Shown here in pieces: positions 15,142 through 32,755 of a stretch of DNA of 64,000 bases. Numbering within the stretch: the first letter of the stretch is position 1; every line of letters begins with the position of its first letter. A program made the position numbers and the translations under genes. Where the stretch lies: NCBI RefSeq assembly GCF_009914755.1, contig NC_060928.1, one strand, 5' to 3'. The notes beneath the pieces are model-generated. The model was not told the origin of the DNA, searched no databases, and saw only the letters and a list, made by a program, of their open reading frames with translations. This DNA is from the human T2T-CHM13v2.0 reference genome, Homo sapiens.

Positions 15142-15757
15142 AATACTAAGGGATTTCATATGTAAACAATGACTCTAAACATTTTCTGTAGGATGACTCA
15201 ACCTTTTTTGCCTACTATTTGGCCTCTGTTTAATACTTTAAGCTCAATATACTCTGATGTGTTTGAAATAAGCTCCTTTTAAAGCATCTTCAAATTTTGG
15301 TTAATGCCACATTATTTGTGGACACAGAACATGTTTTCAAAATAGAAGTTGGTTTATATTGTTTATAAGATAACTTTTAAAATAAAAAGCATTTTGATTC
15401 TAACATAAAATAAAGTGTAGTATTCCTGGCTAGGAATAAGTTACAGAGTTTTGAAGACTGTCTGTTTTCTGGATTTCCATGGGGAATGTGCAGATTATAT
15501 TAATGTTCTTGATGTTTCCCAGCTTCACGTATGTCATGACTAGCTATGAAATTCTTGGATCTATAACAATGTAACACATTTTCTTTCCCATGTTTAAATT
15601 GATTTAGAGAAGTGAGCATGTATTGAGCATTTGAGTTAAAGCATGGCAGGGAGGCTAGGTTGCTAAACTTCCAAGTTTTCAAATGCAATCTCAATCACTG
15701 TACTTCTTCTTTTTCTTCTAGCTCATTGTTCCATTTCCTGATGTGTTGAAAGTTTAT

Positions 15758-16120
<363 letters not shown>

Positions 16121-16409
16121 TTATTGCACATGAATTGTGTTGTTATATATATACCATATTTTAGGCTTTATCAAATTATCTGAAACTATATGTCCCTGAA
16201 GTTCTTGAGCTCATGTGCCTAGATGTGTTCTGCATTCTTTCATAGTGTAATGCAAAGATCAGATTACATTTCCACTTTTTAAAAATTTTACCAATGTCCA
16301 TGTTAACTGGACAAAAGACTAACTGTATAACGTTAACTATATAAGAATCCTAATTACCCAAATAGCCTCTCCAAATACTAAAAATTAATGGTATATTTGT
16401 TAGGAGATA

Positions 16410-16787
16410 TTGTAGTTGGCTAAATACTGCTCCCTGTTCACTTAATGACCACTTTAGCTTCAGAGTGTGACCTTATGTTGAAATTGGGTCGTGACAGATG
16501 TATTTAGTTAAGGATTTGGGGATAAAAATCATACTTAATTTAGATTGGGCTCTAAATCCAATGACCACTTTCCGTATAGGAGGAGAAAGAAGACAGAGTT
16601 ATTCAGAAAAATCTATTTAGGTGGAGCAGAAACTGGCATTATTTTCCCCAGATCCTTTAGAAGCAGCATGGCCCTGCTGATACCTTGAATTTTAATTTCT
16701 AGCCTTTATAACCGTAATATAATAATTTCTGTCATTTTAATCCACCGAGTTGTGCTAATTTGTTATGGAAGCTGTACGAAACTAACG
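16410..16787 (+). mobile_element. MLT1 (B/C/D-like) LTR
   Basis: 'gtgtgaccttat', 'ctctaaatccaatgac', 'agcatggccctgctgataccttga', 'taatttgttatggaagc'. Confidence 0.8.
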
Positions 16788-17694
16788 TGGTGTGTTTTTT
16801 AGAAATCTTGAATAATATGCCTTGTATTAATCTATGCATCTCTAAGAATCACTTACTTTTGATGAAAAAATATAAAATGAATATAAATATCCCAAAGATA
16901 GAATTGACAAACGCATTACATCGTCCATTTAAACCACATATTTTGATGCTGGTTCTGGTAAGTATCTAATATCTGGCTGATTCTGTAGCTCAAGTAGCTA
17001 CAGTAAACTATAAAAATGTTAAGATTGCTAGCCAGTTAGCTTTAACTCTGTTCTTTCCTAACATGATTTATGATCAGAACTCCAAGTCCAGACAATTTCC
17101 CATGAAATCTGTATGTGTGTGCATTTTACGTGTGTGAGAGAGGCTGTTCTGTTTTTCCCAGCGTTCCAAGAATAAAGAGCTCTGTAGTTGACCCAATCAA
17201 CCTTGGAAATTACTGTATCAAATACTGTGGTTAAGTTCATCTTTATATGATACTAATTGAAGAATAAGCTAGACTTTGGGACCATCTCATTATCTGCAGT
17301 GAAGTGACTACCATCGAGTAGGATTATGTTACTTAAATTAGGAACTCCACAAGCAAATAATAGGTCTTTACTCCACAAAAGGTTTCTGTGGTGGAAAATA
17401 TATGATTAAAAAATGTTAAACATATTTATTTAAGAAATCTTCACAGGCCATAATATACTAGTATGTATTATGAATCTTCAGGAAGAAAAATATGCAGTAT
17501 TTTTCAAGCTTATTTGTTCTTTTAACAGTTTTTATTAAATATCTATAGCAATTCCAAGTGCAAGTGCTCTGGAGAGCATCATGTGGATATAGCACTTCAA
17601 TGCATGGTGGCATCATGGGCTTTTAGAGTAAGAATGACATAATAGTTACTCTTATACAATATTGTCTTACGTTTTCATAGTCCTTGCATAACTG

Positions 17695-18235
<541 letters not shown>

Positions 18236-21200
18236 TAAGAACTCATGGGCAAATATTGAAGCTTGATGAAGGCAAGAATAAACTAAGTAAATCAGTGTTC
18301 CTTAACTAGATTTGATCATGGATTCACTTGAAAATAGAAAGAAAGCCACAGAAGATATCTTCATAACAGTGTATACGCATATATCTAAAAACGTGTATAT
18401 ATGACTTTTGGGGCATTGCAAATCTCCTAAATTATCCAATGGACAACAGGGTGATAATCACTAATTTAACTACCTTTATGTGAAGTATGACTAAATTAAT
18501 AGGTGCCAGATCTAGAAAAACTATTAAAGTAGATTAGTGTGTAGTGGAATCATAAGAAATTTTTGAGGTTGAGGTATGGAAAAAACAAACTATTCCATAT
18601 CATTCATTGGACTGGAATCTTATCCATACTGATATTGTTGTTTGCTGGCCCACTTTAATAATTCTTAGCTCTTTTTCTGTTTATTTTCTCAAAAATATTT
18701 TGGATAGCTAATTACCCTTATTTTGAATCAAAATTGTTGGTAATCTGGTGGGACAGGACAGCCCTCTAGTTCATTTGTTTACTCTAATCTAATTAAATGT
18801 ATATGGCTTATATCTGGTTTTATTTCCATTTGACTTGGGTTATTAATTTCATCTTACAGGAAAGATGTAAGTTGAAATTATGAAGTACTTTGCAAATTAA
18901 AACAGTAAAATAAAATTAAATTAAAATTAATAGGCTTTTATTTTATTATCAAATCAAGAGACATTAAAATGAGTTTTTAATTTAAATGAATATATTAGTA
19001 GACTAGAACCTGACTATGCCCCCCAAAAACACAAATATTTTCAGAATAATGACTGAACGGTGGATTACTTGAATGCAGCCATGCATAATGAAAAAGACAT
19101 GAAAAGTAAAAGAAAATATGCCTGGGTTTATAATCACTTACATTCAACAAATATCCATTGAGTATATTTTGGATAGTGTAACTTGTGCTACTTACCTAAA
19201 TCTTATGTAAGGGCAGAGATTACATCTTGTTCCCCATAGTATCCTTCAAGTACCCCTGTTCTAACTGTCTACCACTTATAAAGGGACTTCAAAATGGCTG
19301 ATGAGAGCCACAAAGAAGAACCAAAATACCAAGTAAATACTTACAGTTCGGGTAGATCATCTAAGAGAGAATATTGGTATTCAACAGAGAAGTGACAGGA
19401 AATGTCTAAGTCAAGGAAGGAGAGGGAAGTGAGGCAGCCTGCTCGGCCAGGATTGGCTGGGAGCCTGGAAAGGGTCCCCAATGTGGGGCAGGGGTAAGTG
19501 AGTGACTCACAGCTATCCACATTCCCACCACAGACTCCTACAATCCTAGCCACCAGAGAGTCCCTTGACCCATGTGGGCTCTGAGACTAACATAGGGAAC
19601 TGCATGGTCATGGTGTGACTGCATTGTTCCAGAAAGAAGTTCATGCTGGGTCCCACCCTTATCTTGAGATCTAAGCAGCTACAGCTAGGTGCCATTTTGA
19701 GAGCCCAACCCCTATCAGACTGTCCTAGGGCCCAACCACTACTACATCTCCCCATCTCTGGGGATTCATTGATTTCCTCTGCTCACAGCAAGGCATTGCT
19801 CTGGCTGTTGCCACCATGGCCAAAGTACAAGACATTGGTAGTAAACCCACTGCCTCCAGGGCCAAAGCACATTTAAAAGTGCTCTGAGAAAAGGCTACCC
19901 CACTTATAGCCACCACATCGGGCCAAAGTACATGCTCTCCAGTCACCTATACATAACTGCTGCCACTAAGATCAACTTTGCCCTTCCTGGAAGCAGGACC
20001 ACAGTGTAGACACTGATACCACCATCCTCACATTGTGTTTTAGTCCTGGGCGTCATCTTTACTTACCTACCACAGTAAGTTCCTACACACACTGTTGTGT
20101 AGGAAAGGCCCACCCACCCAGGCTTCAAACACCCAAACCTGCCCCCTGGAGGATACCATCTAGGGGCCTGGAGATATCCTCACCACATTCACCATCATTA
20201 ACACCTGAACATTCCTCCCTGGGGCCTGAGATCAGGCCTGCAGAGCCTGCCACTACCATAATAGCTGTCAGTCACATGCATGCACCAACTAGGGGCCTGA
20301 GTACTGGGCAGCTACCATCAACAACAACATGGATTGCTCGGGAGCCAGAGGATTGTCCCACCACTGCTATTGTCATTGCCAATCCACACCTACTGCTTTA
20401 GGGGCTTAGGGATCCAGATCACCACTGCCACTGCCAGCACCTGAGCAAGCCACATGGAAGTCCAAGAATAAGCCTGCCTGGACTCACTAACACCAGTGCC
20501 AGCATTTGTTGTCCTAGGGCCTAACTACAGGCATATTTGGTCTATTGCTGCCACCATTGCAACCCAAGGACTGGCCTGCCTGATGTCCCTGTGCCCAGCA
20601 AAACTTCACTAATACAGCCTCCACTAACAACTGTACCCTAAGCCATTGAGGAAATCACAGACATAACTGATGCTATTTCCAGCCAAATAAATCATACAGG
20701 ACTACCCTACTGCACATACTAAGAAACAAAGCCAAAGTACCATGCACAACAAACACCATGGACACGTCTTTAGGAAAAAGTCCCCCAGTATAAAAGCAAA
20801 TTCAAGAAATTGATAGAGTCAACTATTACATCAGGTGTACAGATATAAGGACAATGTAAGGACACAATAAACATTAGAAAGCAAGGAAATATGATACTTT
20901 TAAAGGAACACAATACTTCTCTAACAAAATATGCCAATAAAAAAGTTTATGAAATTCCAGAAAAATAGTTCAAAATAATGACATTAAAAAATGTCATTGA
21001 ATTTCCAGAGGACTCAGAAAAGCTATACTAACAGTTCAGAAAAAATAATTCAGGATATGAATAATAAACTTACCAAAAAGTTAGACATTATCAAAAAGAA
21101 TCAAGCAAATCATGAAATTGAAGAATTCAGTGAGGGAAATAAAAAATACATTCAAAAACTTTAACGATGGACTCGATGATGCAGAAAAAAGAATTTTAGA

Positions 21201-22310
21201 ACTTGATAAGTTTTTTTTAAGATTATCTAGTCAGACAAAAGTTAAAAAGACTAAGAAGAAATGGAGCCTACATGACATATCGGACACCACAAAGTGATCC
21301 AATGTTGATGCATTGGTGTTCCAGAAGGCAAAGAGAAAATGAAAGGAACAGAAAACCTATTTAACAAAATAATGGCTGAAAAACACCCAAGTCTAGCAAG
21401 AGATTTAGACATTTAGATATGGAAGCTTCAAGGTCCCCAAACAAGCACAAACAAAAAGGTTTTCTCCATGGTGCATTACAGTCAAGCTGTCAAAAGTCAA
21501 AACAAAAAAGAACTCTAAAACAGTAAGAGATAAATGTCTAGTCACTTATAAGGGAACTTATATCAGACTTACAGTAGATTTTTCAGTGGAAACCTTACAG
21601 GCCAGGAAATCAGATGACATACTAAAAGTGCTGGAAGAAAAACAAAAAAACCTCCTAACCAAGAATGTTATATCCAGAAAAGCTAACTTTCATACATGAA
21701 GGAGAAATAAAGTACTTCTCATACAAATGTTAGCTGAGAGAATTCACCACCACTAGACCAGCTCAACAAGAAATGCTTACATTAGTCCTATAAGCAGAAA
21801 TAAAAGGAGGATAACTACCATTATGAAAACACTTAAAAGTACAAAACACACTGGTAGACCAAAGACACCAATAAGGAAAAGAAAGGATTCAAATGTTACT
21901 AATACAGAAAATCACCATGTCACAATGATAAACAATAAGGGAAAGAAATAAACAAAACAACCGTAAATAAATGAATAAAATGACACAAATAAGCCCTCAC
22001 ATATCAACAATAACCTTGAATGTAACTAAATTAGACTTTCCACATAAATAATATAGACTGGCTGAATGGATTTAAAAATAACCCAACTATATGCTGCTAT
22101 AAGAAACTCATCTCACCTGTAAATACACATATACATTAAAAATTAAAGGATAGCAAAAGATATTCCATAAAAAGAGAAACTAAAAATCCACAGGAGCAGC
22201 TATACTTCTAATAGATATAACAGACTTTACTTCTAAAACACTAAAAAGAGACAAAGAAAGTCATTCCATAATAACAGGTATCATTCCAATAAGGGTATAT
22301 AACAATTCTC

Positions 22311-22315
<5 letters not shown>

Positions 22316-22342
<27 letters not shown>
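22316..22342. repeat. (TA)n microsatellite
   Basis: Direct read. Confidence 0.95.
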
Positions 22343-22346
<4 letters not shown>

Positions 22347-22405
22347 CCAACACCAGAGTGCCTATATACATAATGCAAATATTAGATTTAAAAAGAGTGG
22401 GTTGA

Positions 22406-22986
<581 letters not shown>

Positions 22987-24580
22987 TTTAAAGGGAGAGA
23001 TAGACTCCAATGACTCCAATGTCATGATAGTTTGGGACTTCAAAACCCCACTGCCAGAATTAGACAGGTCATCTAGACAGAAAATTAACAAATAAACATT
23101 GGATTTAACCAAACTTTAGACCAAATGAACATAAAGGACATTTACAGAATATTCCCTCCAATCTCCAGGACTGATCATTTATTAGGTGAAAAACAAGTTT
23201 CAACAAAGCTTTAAAAATTGATATCATGTTAATTATATTCACAGACCAGAAGATAATAAAACCAGAATCAATAACAGGAGAAACTTTGGAAGCACAATTA
23301 CATAGAAATTAAACAGCATGCTCCGGAATGACCATTGGGTCAAGAAATAAATTCAGAAGAAAATTAAAAAAAAAAATCCATGAAATAAATGAAAATTAAA
23401 ACTCATACCAAGTTAGGATGCAGCAAAATCAGTACTAAGAAGAAACTTTATAGTAATAAACACCTACATCAAAAAAGTAAAAAGATTTGAAATAAACAAT
23501 ATAATGATGCATACTAATAATGAGTAATGAGATTGAATTTGTAATAATAATGAAAAAACCTCCCAACAACGAAAAGTTCAGGACCCAATGCCTTTACCAC
23601 TGAATTCTGCTACACTTACAAGGAAGAACTAATGCTGATACTCTTCAAACTATTCCAAAACACAGAAGAGGAGGGAATACTCCCAAACTCATATTATGAG
23701 GCAATAATTACTACAAGACTATATTAAACTAAAAAGTTTCTGCATAGCAATGGAAACAACAGATTGAACAGACAATCTGATGAATGAGAGACAATATTTG
23801 CAAACAATTCATTAAGCAGGGGACTAATATCTGGAATATACAAGGAACTCAACAGGAAAAAATCAAATACTCTCATCAAAAAGGGGACACAGGGCATGAA
23901 TAAACATTTCTCCAAAGGAGACATACAAATGGTCAACAGGTATATGAGAAAAATGCTCGACATCACTAATGATCAGTGAAATGCAAGTAAAAATCACAAT
24001 GAGACATCATCTTATCCTAGTTAGAATAATTATTATTAAGAAGACAAAAAACAACAGATGTTGGTGAGGATGTAGAGAAAAAGGAACTATTATACATTTT
24101 TGGAGGGAATGTAAATTAGTATAGCACCATGGAAAACATAATGGTGATTTCTCAAAAAGTCATAGATAGAACTACCATACTATCCAGCAATCCCACTACT
24201 GGGTATGTATCCAAAGGCAGAGAAATTAATGTATCAAAGGCATACTTGCACTGCCATATTTATTGTAACATTATTCACAATAGCAAAGGCATGGAATCAA
24301 TCCGAGTGCCCATCAACAGATGAATGAATAAAGAAAACTTGGCATATATACACAATAGAATACTGTTCAGCCATTAAAAAGGAATGACATCATGTCTTTT
24401 GGGCAGCATGGACGGAACTGGAAATCATTATGTTAAGCAAACTAAACCAGGCACAGAAAGACAAATATTATGTTTTCTCACTTATATGTGGGAGCTAAAA
24501 AAGTTGAATTGATGAAGTAGGGAGTACAGTGATAGATATCAAAGGGCCTGTGAGGTGAAGGAGTATAAAGAGGGTTTGGC

Positions 24581-24632
24581 TATGTGGGAATTCAAGATGA
24601 GATTTGGGTGGGGACATAGCCAAACCATATCA
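24581..24632 (-). mobile_element. THE1 LTR 5'-terminal remnant (~50 bp)
   Basis: tgtgggaattcaagatgagatttgggtggggacatagccaaaccatatca is the reverse complement of the THE1 LTR start. Confidence 0.85.
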
Positions 24633-26026
24633 CAAAGATAGAAGGAATAAGTTCTAATGTGTGATAACAGAGTAGGCTGACTATATTTAACAACAATATA
24701 TTGTTTATTTCAATATAGTTGGAAGAAAGACTTAAAATGTTTCCAACACATAGAAATGTTAAATACTCCAGGTTATGGAAACCCCAAATATCCTGACTTG
24801 ATCATTACACATACTATGTATGTAACAAAATATTACATGTGCTCCATAAATATGTATGAACACTGTGTATCAATAATAAATAAATGAATGCATAAATTTG
24901 AGAGTTTGCTTTTTCAGTGCAAAAAAGAAATAGTTTACCATGTATGGTTTGTATGACAAGGTGCAAATGACTTAATTTCTTTCTTTATGTAAATAGAAAC
25001 AATAATTATACAATAATTATCACATAATGACTTGCTAATTTAAATAATATGGCAACATACAGACAGCAGTTTATCAGGGTCTAGCACAATGTCTTTGGCT
25101 CATAAATATCTGTTGAATGATTGTGTAAATGAAGAAATAAAGAATTAATGTTCTGGGAGTTAAAACATGTCAAATATATCATGGCATATACCAGTGCCCA
25201 GTGCACAGTCATTGCTGAAAATATATTTCTTCTTTTTCCTCTATAATTTCACAATGACTAGGAAATCTCAAGTTAACAATAGGATTTCATGGGCATGACA
25301 GTTAGTAAACTCGAGAATAATTAATAACACTGGGTAAAAAAGGTATTTTTCTGAATGTCTCTTAGAGCTTGCTTTACTCTTGTGTGCAGTATTCTCACAT
25401 TATACATTTATTTGTAAAGAAACAGTGATTTATCAAGTTATTTCTCTATAAAGAACTTTGCTTCGAGTGCTATGAAAGCTTACAGTACAGGGAAAGCCAA
25501 GTTCCTCTCAAAAAGAATACTATTTTACTAGAGACAAAAGAAGCTTAGTCCTTGAAAATACTATCAAAGGAAAAATATAAACCAATATGACTTTTTAGTG
25601 TCAAAATCCATGCCACAAGAAAGGACATGTCTGGAGCCAGGTGGACTTAGTTGGGAGGAGATTACTGGAGATGGAATTGCTTTTCATCCATTAAATGTGA
25701 TATTTATTTGTTTAGCAACTGGCACACCACAAGGTGTTCTACATATGATATTTTACATATGATACATCATAATATACATGATATATTTTAGGTGATACAT
25801 CGTAATCATCCAAAGTCTATCATTTAAGTTAGCATTAACTCTTGAGTGTTGAACATTCTACGGATTTGTACAAATGTATAATGACATTTATTCACTATTA
25901 TAGTTCTCTTTCAGAGTATTTTCACTGACCTAAAAATCCCCTTTTCTCCAACTATTCATCCTTACCTCCCACTTCCAACTTGTATTTCACTGTTATTTCA
26001 ATTTGCATTTTCCTTATCAAATATGA

Positions 26027-26382
<356 letters not shown>

Positions 26383-26583
26383 CTATGATTCATTTTAAGA
26401 TACTTTTTGTGAAATATGTAAGGTCTCTGCTTGGATCCTTTTTCTTCCCCCTGTGGATGTCCAGTGGTGCTAGCACCACTTCTTGGAAAGACAATCTTGG
26501 CTTCATTGTATTTCCTTTGATACTTTGTAAAAGACAAATTGACTACACAATTGATCCTTGAAGAACACAGAGGTTAGGGTCAC

Positions 26584-29159
<2,576 letters not shown>

Positions 29160-29729
29160 GTTGCTAACCTCCATGGAATGAAAAATCCACTTGTAACTTT
29201 TGACTCCTCAAAACCTAACTACTAATGGCTTACTGTTGAACAGAAGCCTGACTGACAACATAAACAGTTGATTAACACATATTTTGTATGTTATATGCAT
29301 TCATATTACAATATTACAATAAAGTAGGCTAGAGAAAAGTAAATTATAAGAAAATCGTAAGAAAAAGAAAATATATTTATTTTTCATTAAGTTAAAGTGG
29401 ATCATCATAAAGGTTTTCATTCTCATCTTCTTCACATTGAGATGGCTGAGATGGAGGAGGAAGAGGAGGGTTTGGTTTTGCTCTCTCAGGGGTGGCAGAG
29501 GCAGAAAAAGTTCATATATAAGCAGATCCATACAATTCAAACCCATGGTGTTCAGTGGTCAACTGTATGTGTGTGGGCATATTTCTGGGCTCTGTATTGT
29601 TCCATTGATCTATTAATCTTTTCTTTTATCAATACCAGACTGTCTTGATTACTGTTTTTATTTTTATCTTTGTGTTTGTAAGATGGTTAACAGCATCAAC
29701 TGAGAGTAAGTGTTCTCAGTAGAGAAAAA

Positions 29730-29756
29730 GAGAGAGGAGAGAGAGAGAGAGAGAGA
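29730..29756. repeat. (GA)n microsatellite
   Basis: Direct read. Confidence 0.9.
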
Positions 29757-30179
29757 TTGTTTCCAAAACCATCCAATAAAAGTTTTCAGTCTTCCACTGT
29801 TAACTCACTTCTGAATAAATTTTTATGGCAAAGCACATAAAGGAGGATGATAGTTCAAGATATCAGGACTAATCACTGGAAAAGTGGATGAGGAAGACTT
29901 TTAATTTTAACTGACACATCAGGAATCTAAAGAAATCTAGATCTATATTAACAGTTGTAGAAATGATAAATTTAATCATATGCCTTGGAAAGGAAATGAA
30001 ATGAAGGAAATGATAGATGTACTAAGCTAATTAAAAACAGAATACCGTTGAATTTTCTAAGACCGAAATTTTGAAAAAAAACAATGGAAAAGTAGAGGTA
30101 CTAAACACATTATTTAATTCACTCCCTTCTGAGACAATAATATGTCCTCTGGGTTACATATGTGTCTCAATAAGATGTT

Positions 30180-30545
30180 TGACATAATTTGGTTCTGTGT
30201 TCCCACTCAAATCTCATCTCGAATTGTAATCCCCGTGTGTCAAAGGAGGCAGCTGGTGGGAGGTGATTGCATCAAGGGGGCAGATTTCCCCCATGATGTT
30301 CTCATGATAGTGAGTTTTCATGAGATCTCGTTGTTTGATAAATATCTGGTGCTTCCCCCTTCTCACTCTCTCTCTCCTGACACCATGTAAAATGTGCCTT
30401 GCTTCCCCTTCACTTTCTACCATAAGTGAAAGTTTCCTGAGGCCTCCCCAGCCATGGGGAACTGTGAATCAATTAAACCTCTTTCCTTTATAAATTACCC
30501 AGTCTCAGATAGTATCTTTATAGCAGTGTGAGAACAGAGTGATAG
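30180..30545 (+). mobile_element. THE1D/MSTA-like solo LTR
   Basis: tgacataatttggttctgtgttcccactcaaatctcatctcgaattgtaatcccc...tttatagcagtgtgagaac. Confidence 0.92.
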
Positions 30546-30569
30546 TGTCTCAGTTCGAGTACAGATGAG

Positions 30570-30820
30570 CTGGATGTCATAATAATATAAATTCTGACAT
30601 ACTGTCTGTGCTTGAGTTCTGACAACGCCAATTCCTAGTTGCATTATTTTGGACAGAAAATGATTTATGTCCCACTCTGTTTCCTCATCTGTAAAATGCT
30701 AACAACAATGGTAACTGCTTTGCACTGTTTCTGTAAACATGATCAAATAATGTATACAATGTATATAATGCTCAGTAAAATGCCTGACATTTGTAAACTC
30801 AATTTATGCTAGCTAATAAT
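30570..30820 (+). mobile_element. MIR
   Basis: 'ctctgtttcctcatctgtaaaatg' core. Confidence 0.85.
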
Positions 30821-31389
30821 TTGGTTGAGATCAATCAAGCATTAGACTTATGAAGATTTATACATTTGTTCTGCAAAGCCATCTATCTGCTTGTTATTTC
30901 TATCTAATATTCTGCGTAAATTACTTCCAGTCAATGTCATTGTTTCTATCTGTGAAGAATTAAAAGAGTGATAGGAACAAGGATAAACAACAAGTTGTTT
31001 TGGCATTCTTACAAACGGGCTTTCATTTTTGATTTGCTTTCCTGTTCCAGGAATTTGTTTATTTGCAAAAGACAAAAATAAAAGCTACTAAGGGCTTCAT
31101 GCCATGCAATCAGAGGAAAACTTGGCATGGCTTTGAAACTTTGTGATCAAAGCACTTGGGAAAACATGTTAGGGGTACCCAAGAATATTTGGTTTTGTGA
31201 TGGGTTACATGTGACGTTAAAGAGCTTTAATTTAGAGGCACAAATTGGCATAGACTAGAGAAAAATATAACATATTCAAAGGTACCTGATTGCTCTTAGT
31301 TGTCGTTACATGAGGTTATTACCACCACTGACCTTCAATCATAATCAGCTTCACATATATAGTAAAGAGTTGGACAATTAAGAATCCTC

Positions 31390-31680
31390 ATGGTAAGAGA
31401 GAACTTTTGGAGTCACAAATCCTTGAGTCTTCTCCATTTCTGCCACCTGCTTGGTGGCCACCATCTTGGACAAGCTGGTTAACATCTATAAGAATTGATT
31501 TCCTCATCTGATATATTTGTATAATAACATTGATCTCAGGGCTTTTGAAAGCATTAAATATATATAAAGCCCAGCATGGTGGCTCACACCTACAGTCCTA
31601 CCTACTGGGAGTATGTGATTATGGAGTATCCATTGTGTGACGTAAAAGTATGTGTGTCTTATAGTAAAGTGCTCCATAAT
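31390..31680 (+). mobile_element. MIR containing a 43-bp Alu-head fragment (31569-31611)
   Basis: 'tttcctcatctgata' MIR core; 'gcccagcatggtggctcacacctacagtcctacctactgggag'. Confidence 0.7.
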
Positions 31681-31964
31681 CACATACTTTATTTTTCATG
31701 TGTTCATATGTTCATATATATCACTTGTTATAAAACACATCTTAAGTCCATTATGAAGCTTATATCTACCTTAAACAATGCATGCTTGTATATAATAATT
31801 TTTAAAAAGAAAAAAATATAAATAATAGAAAGGCTGGAACAACAAATGAATACAGGAATGATGCTAATATAAAAATACAAACCCTAAATTTTCTTTATAT
31901 ATTTTGAGGGTAAGCTAGTTTCAGATTTTTCTCTAAGGTTTTGTAGGAAGAGAAAAATTGGTCA

Positions 31965-32385
31965 CACTAACGCCATTTTAAAATATGCCCCCATCTGTAA
32001 GAGGCAGAGCCACCTGAGGTGAAAAGGTAAACGGCTTGTGTAAGATTTGGCTGAAAGTCCAGAAATTAACTCAAGTCCTGGAACATGTCCTGGGACACTC
32101 CCCCGGAACGATTGTTCAAGTCCTGGAGTACGTTTCGGAACGCTGCTCCCGGAACACCGCTCCTGGAGCGATTGTTTCAATGTTGCTTGCTCGGAATGGC
32201 CCTCCTGAGCAAACAACAGACGGTGCTCAAAGTAACAACTGGACTTAATAAAAGGAGCTTACACGAAGGAGGAGCTGAAGGCTGCTGTGGTCGTGTGCTG
32301 GGGGCTGCCCCAGCTCCAGCTGCAGGACCCCGGCCGTCTGCCTTCCGACTCCGGTGATGATTCTTCCTGCGGTCTGGTGAGCTTT
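31965..32385 (+). promoter_or_regulatory. Candidate CpG-rich LTR promoter and first exon (donor CTG|GTGAGC at 32376/32377)
   Basis: About 18 CpGs in ~380 bp by hand count in an otherwise CpG-depleted window; YY1-like cgccatttt; tandem cc(c/t)gga(a/g) motifs; TATA-like box; splice donor. Confidence 0.55.
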
Positions 32386-32459
32386 GGTTACATGTTGTCT
32401 TCTATTGTTAGTTCTTTTATACCTACTTAAGACCTGCTTTTGCTGTGATATTTGCTCAC

Positions 32460-32755
32460 TTTTTTTTTCTTTTTTTTTTCGAGATGGAGTCTCACTCTGT
32501 CACCCAGGCTGGAGGGCAGTGGTGCAATCTCGGCTCACTGCAGTCTCCGCCTCCAGGTTCCAGCAATTCTCCTGTCTCAGCTTCCCAAGTAGCTGGGATT
32601 ACAGGCATGCGCCACCACACCCGGCTAATTTTTGTATTTTTAGTAGAGTGAACTATGTTGACCAGTCTGGTCTCGAACTCCCGACCCTAAGGTGATCCGC
32701 CCCCCGGGGCCTCCCAAAGTGCTGAGATTATAGGCGTGAGCCACCGCGCCTGGCC
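32460..32755 (-). mobile_element. Alu (AluSx-like), CpG-retaining, with a small internal deletion
   Basis: Reverse Alu; 'gtagagtgaactatgttg' lacks 'acggggtttc'; TSD approx ttgctca/ttgctta. Confidence 0.95.

Noticed and set aside
31962-32357. Overlapping 70-90 aa ORFs in the CpG-rich LTR
   Set aside because: Expected in GC-rich repetitive sequence; no recognizable domain
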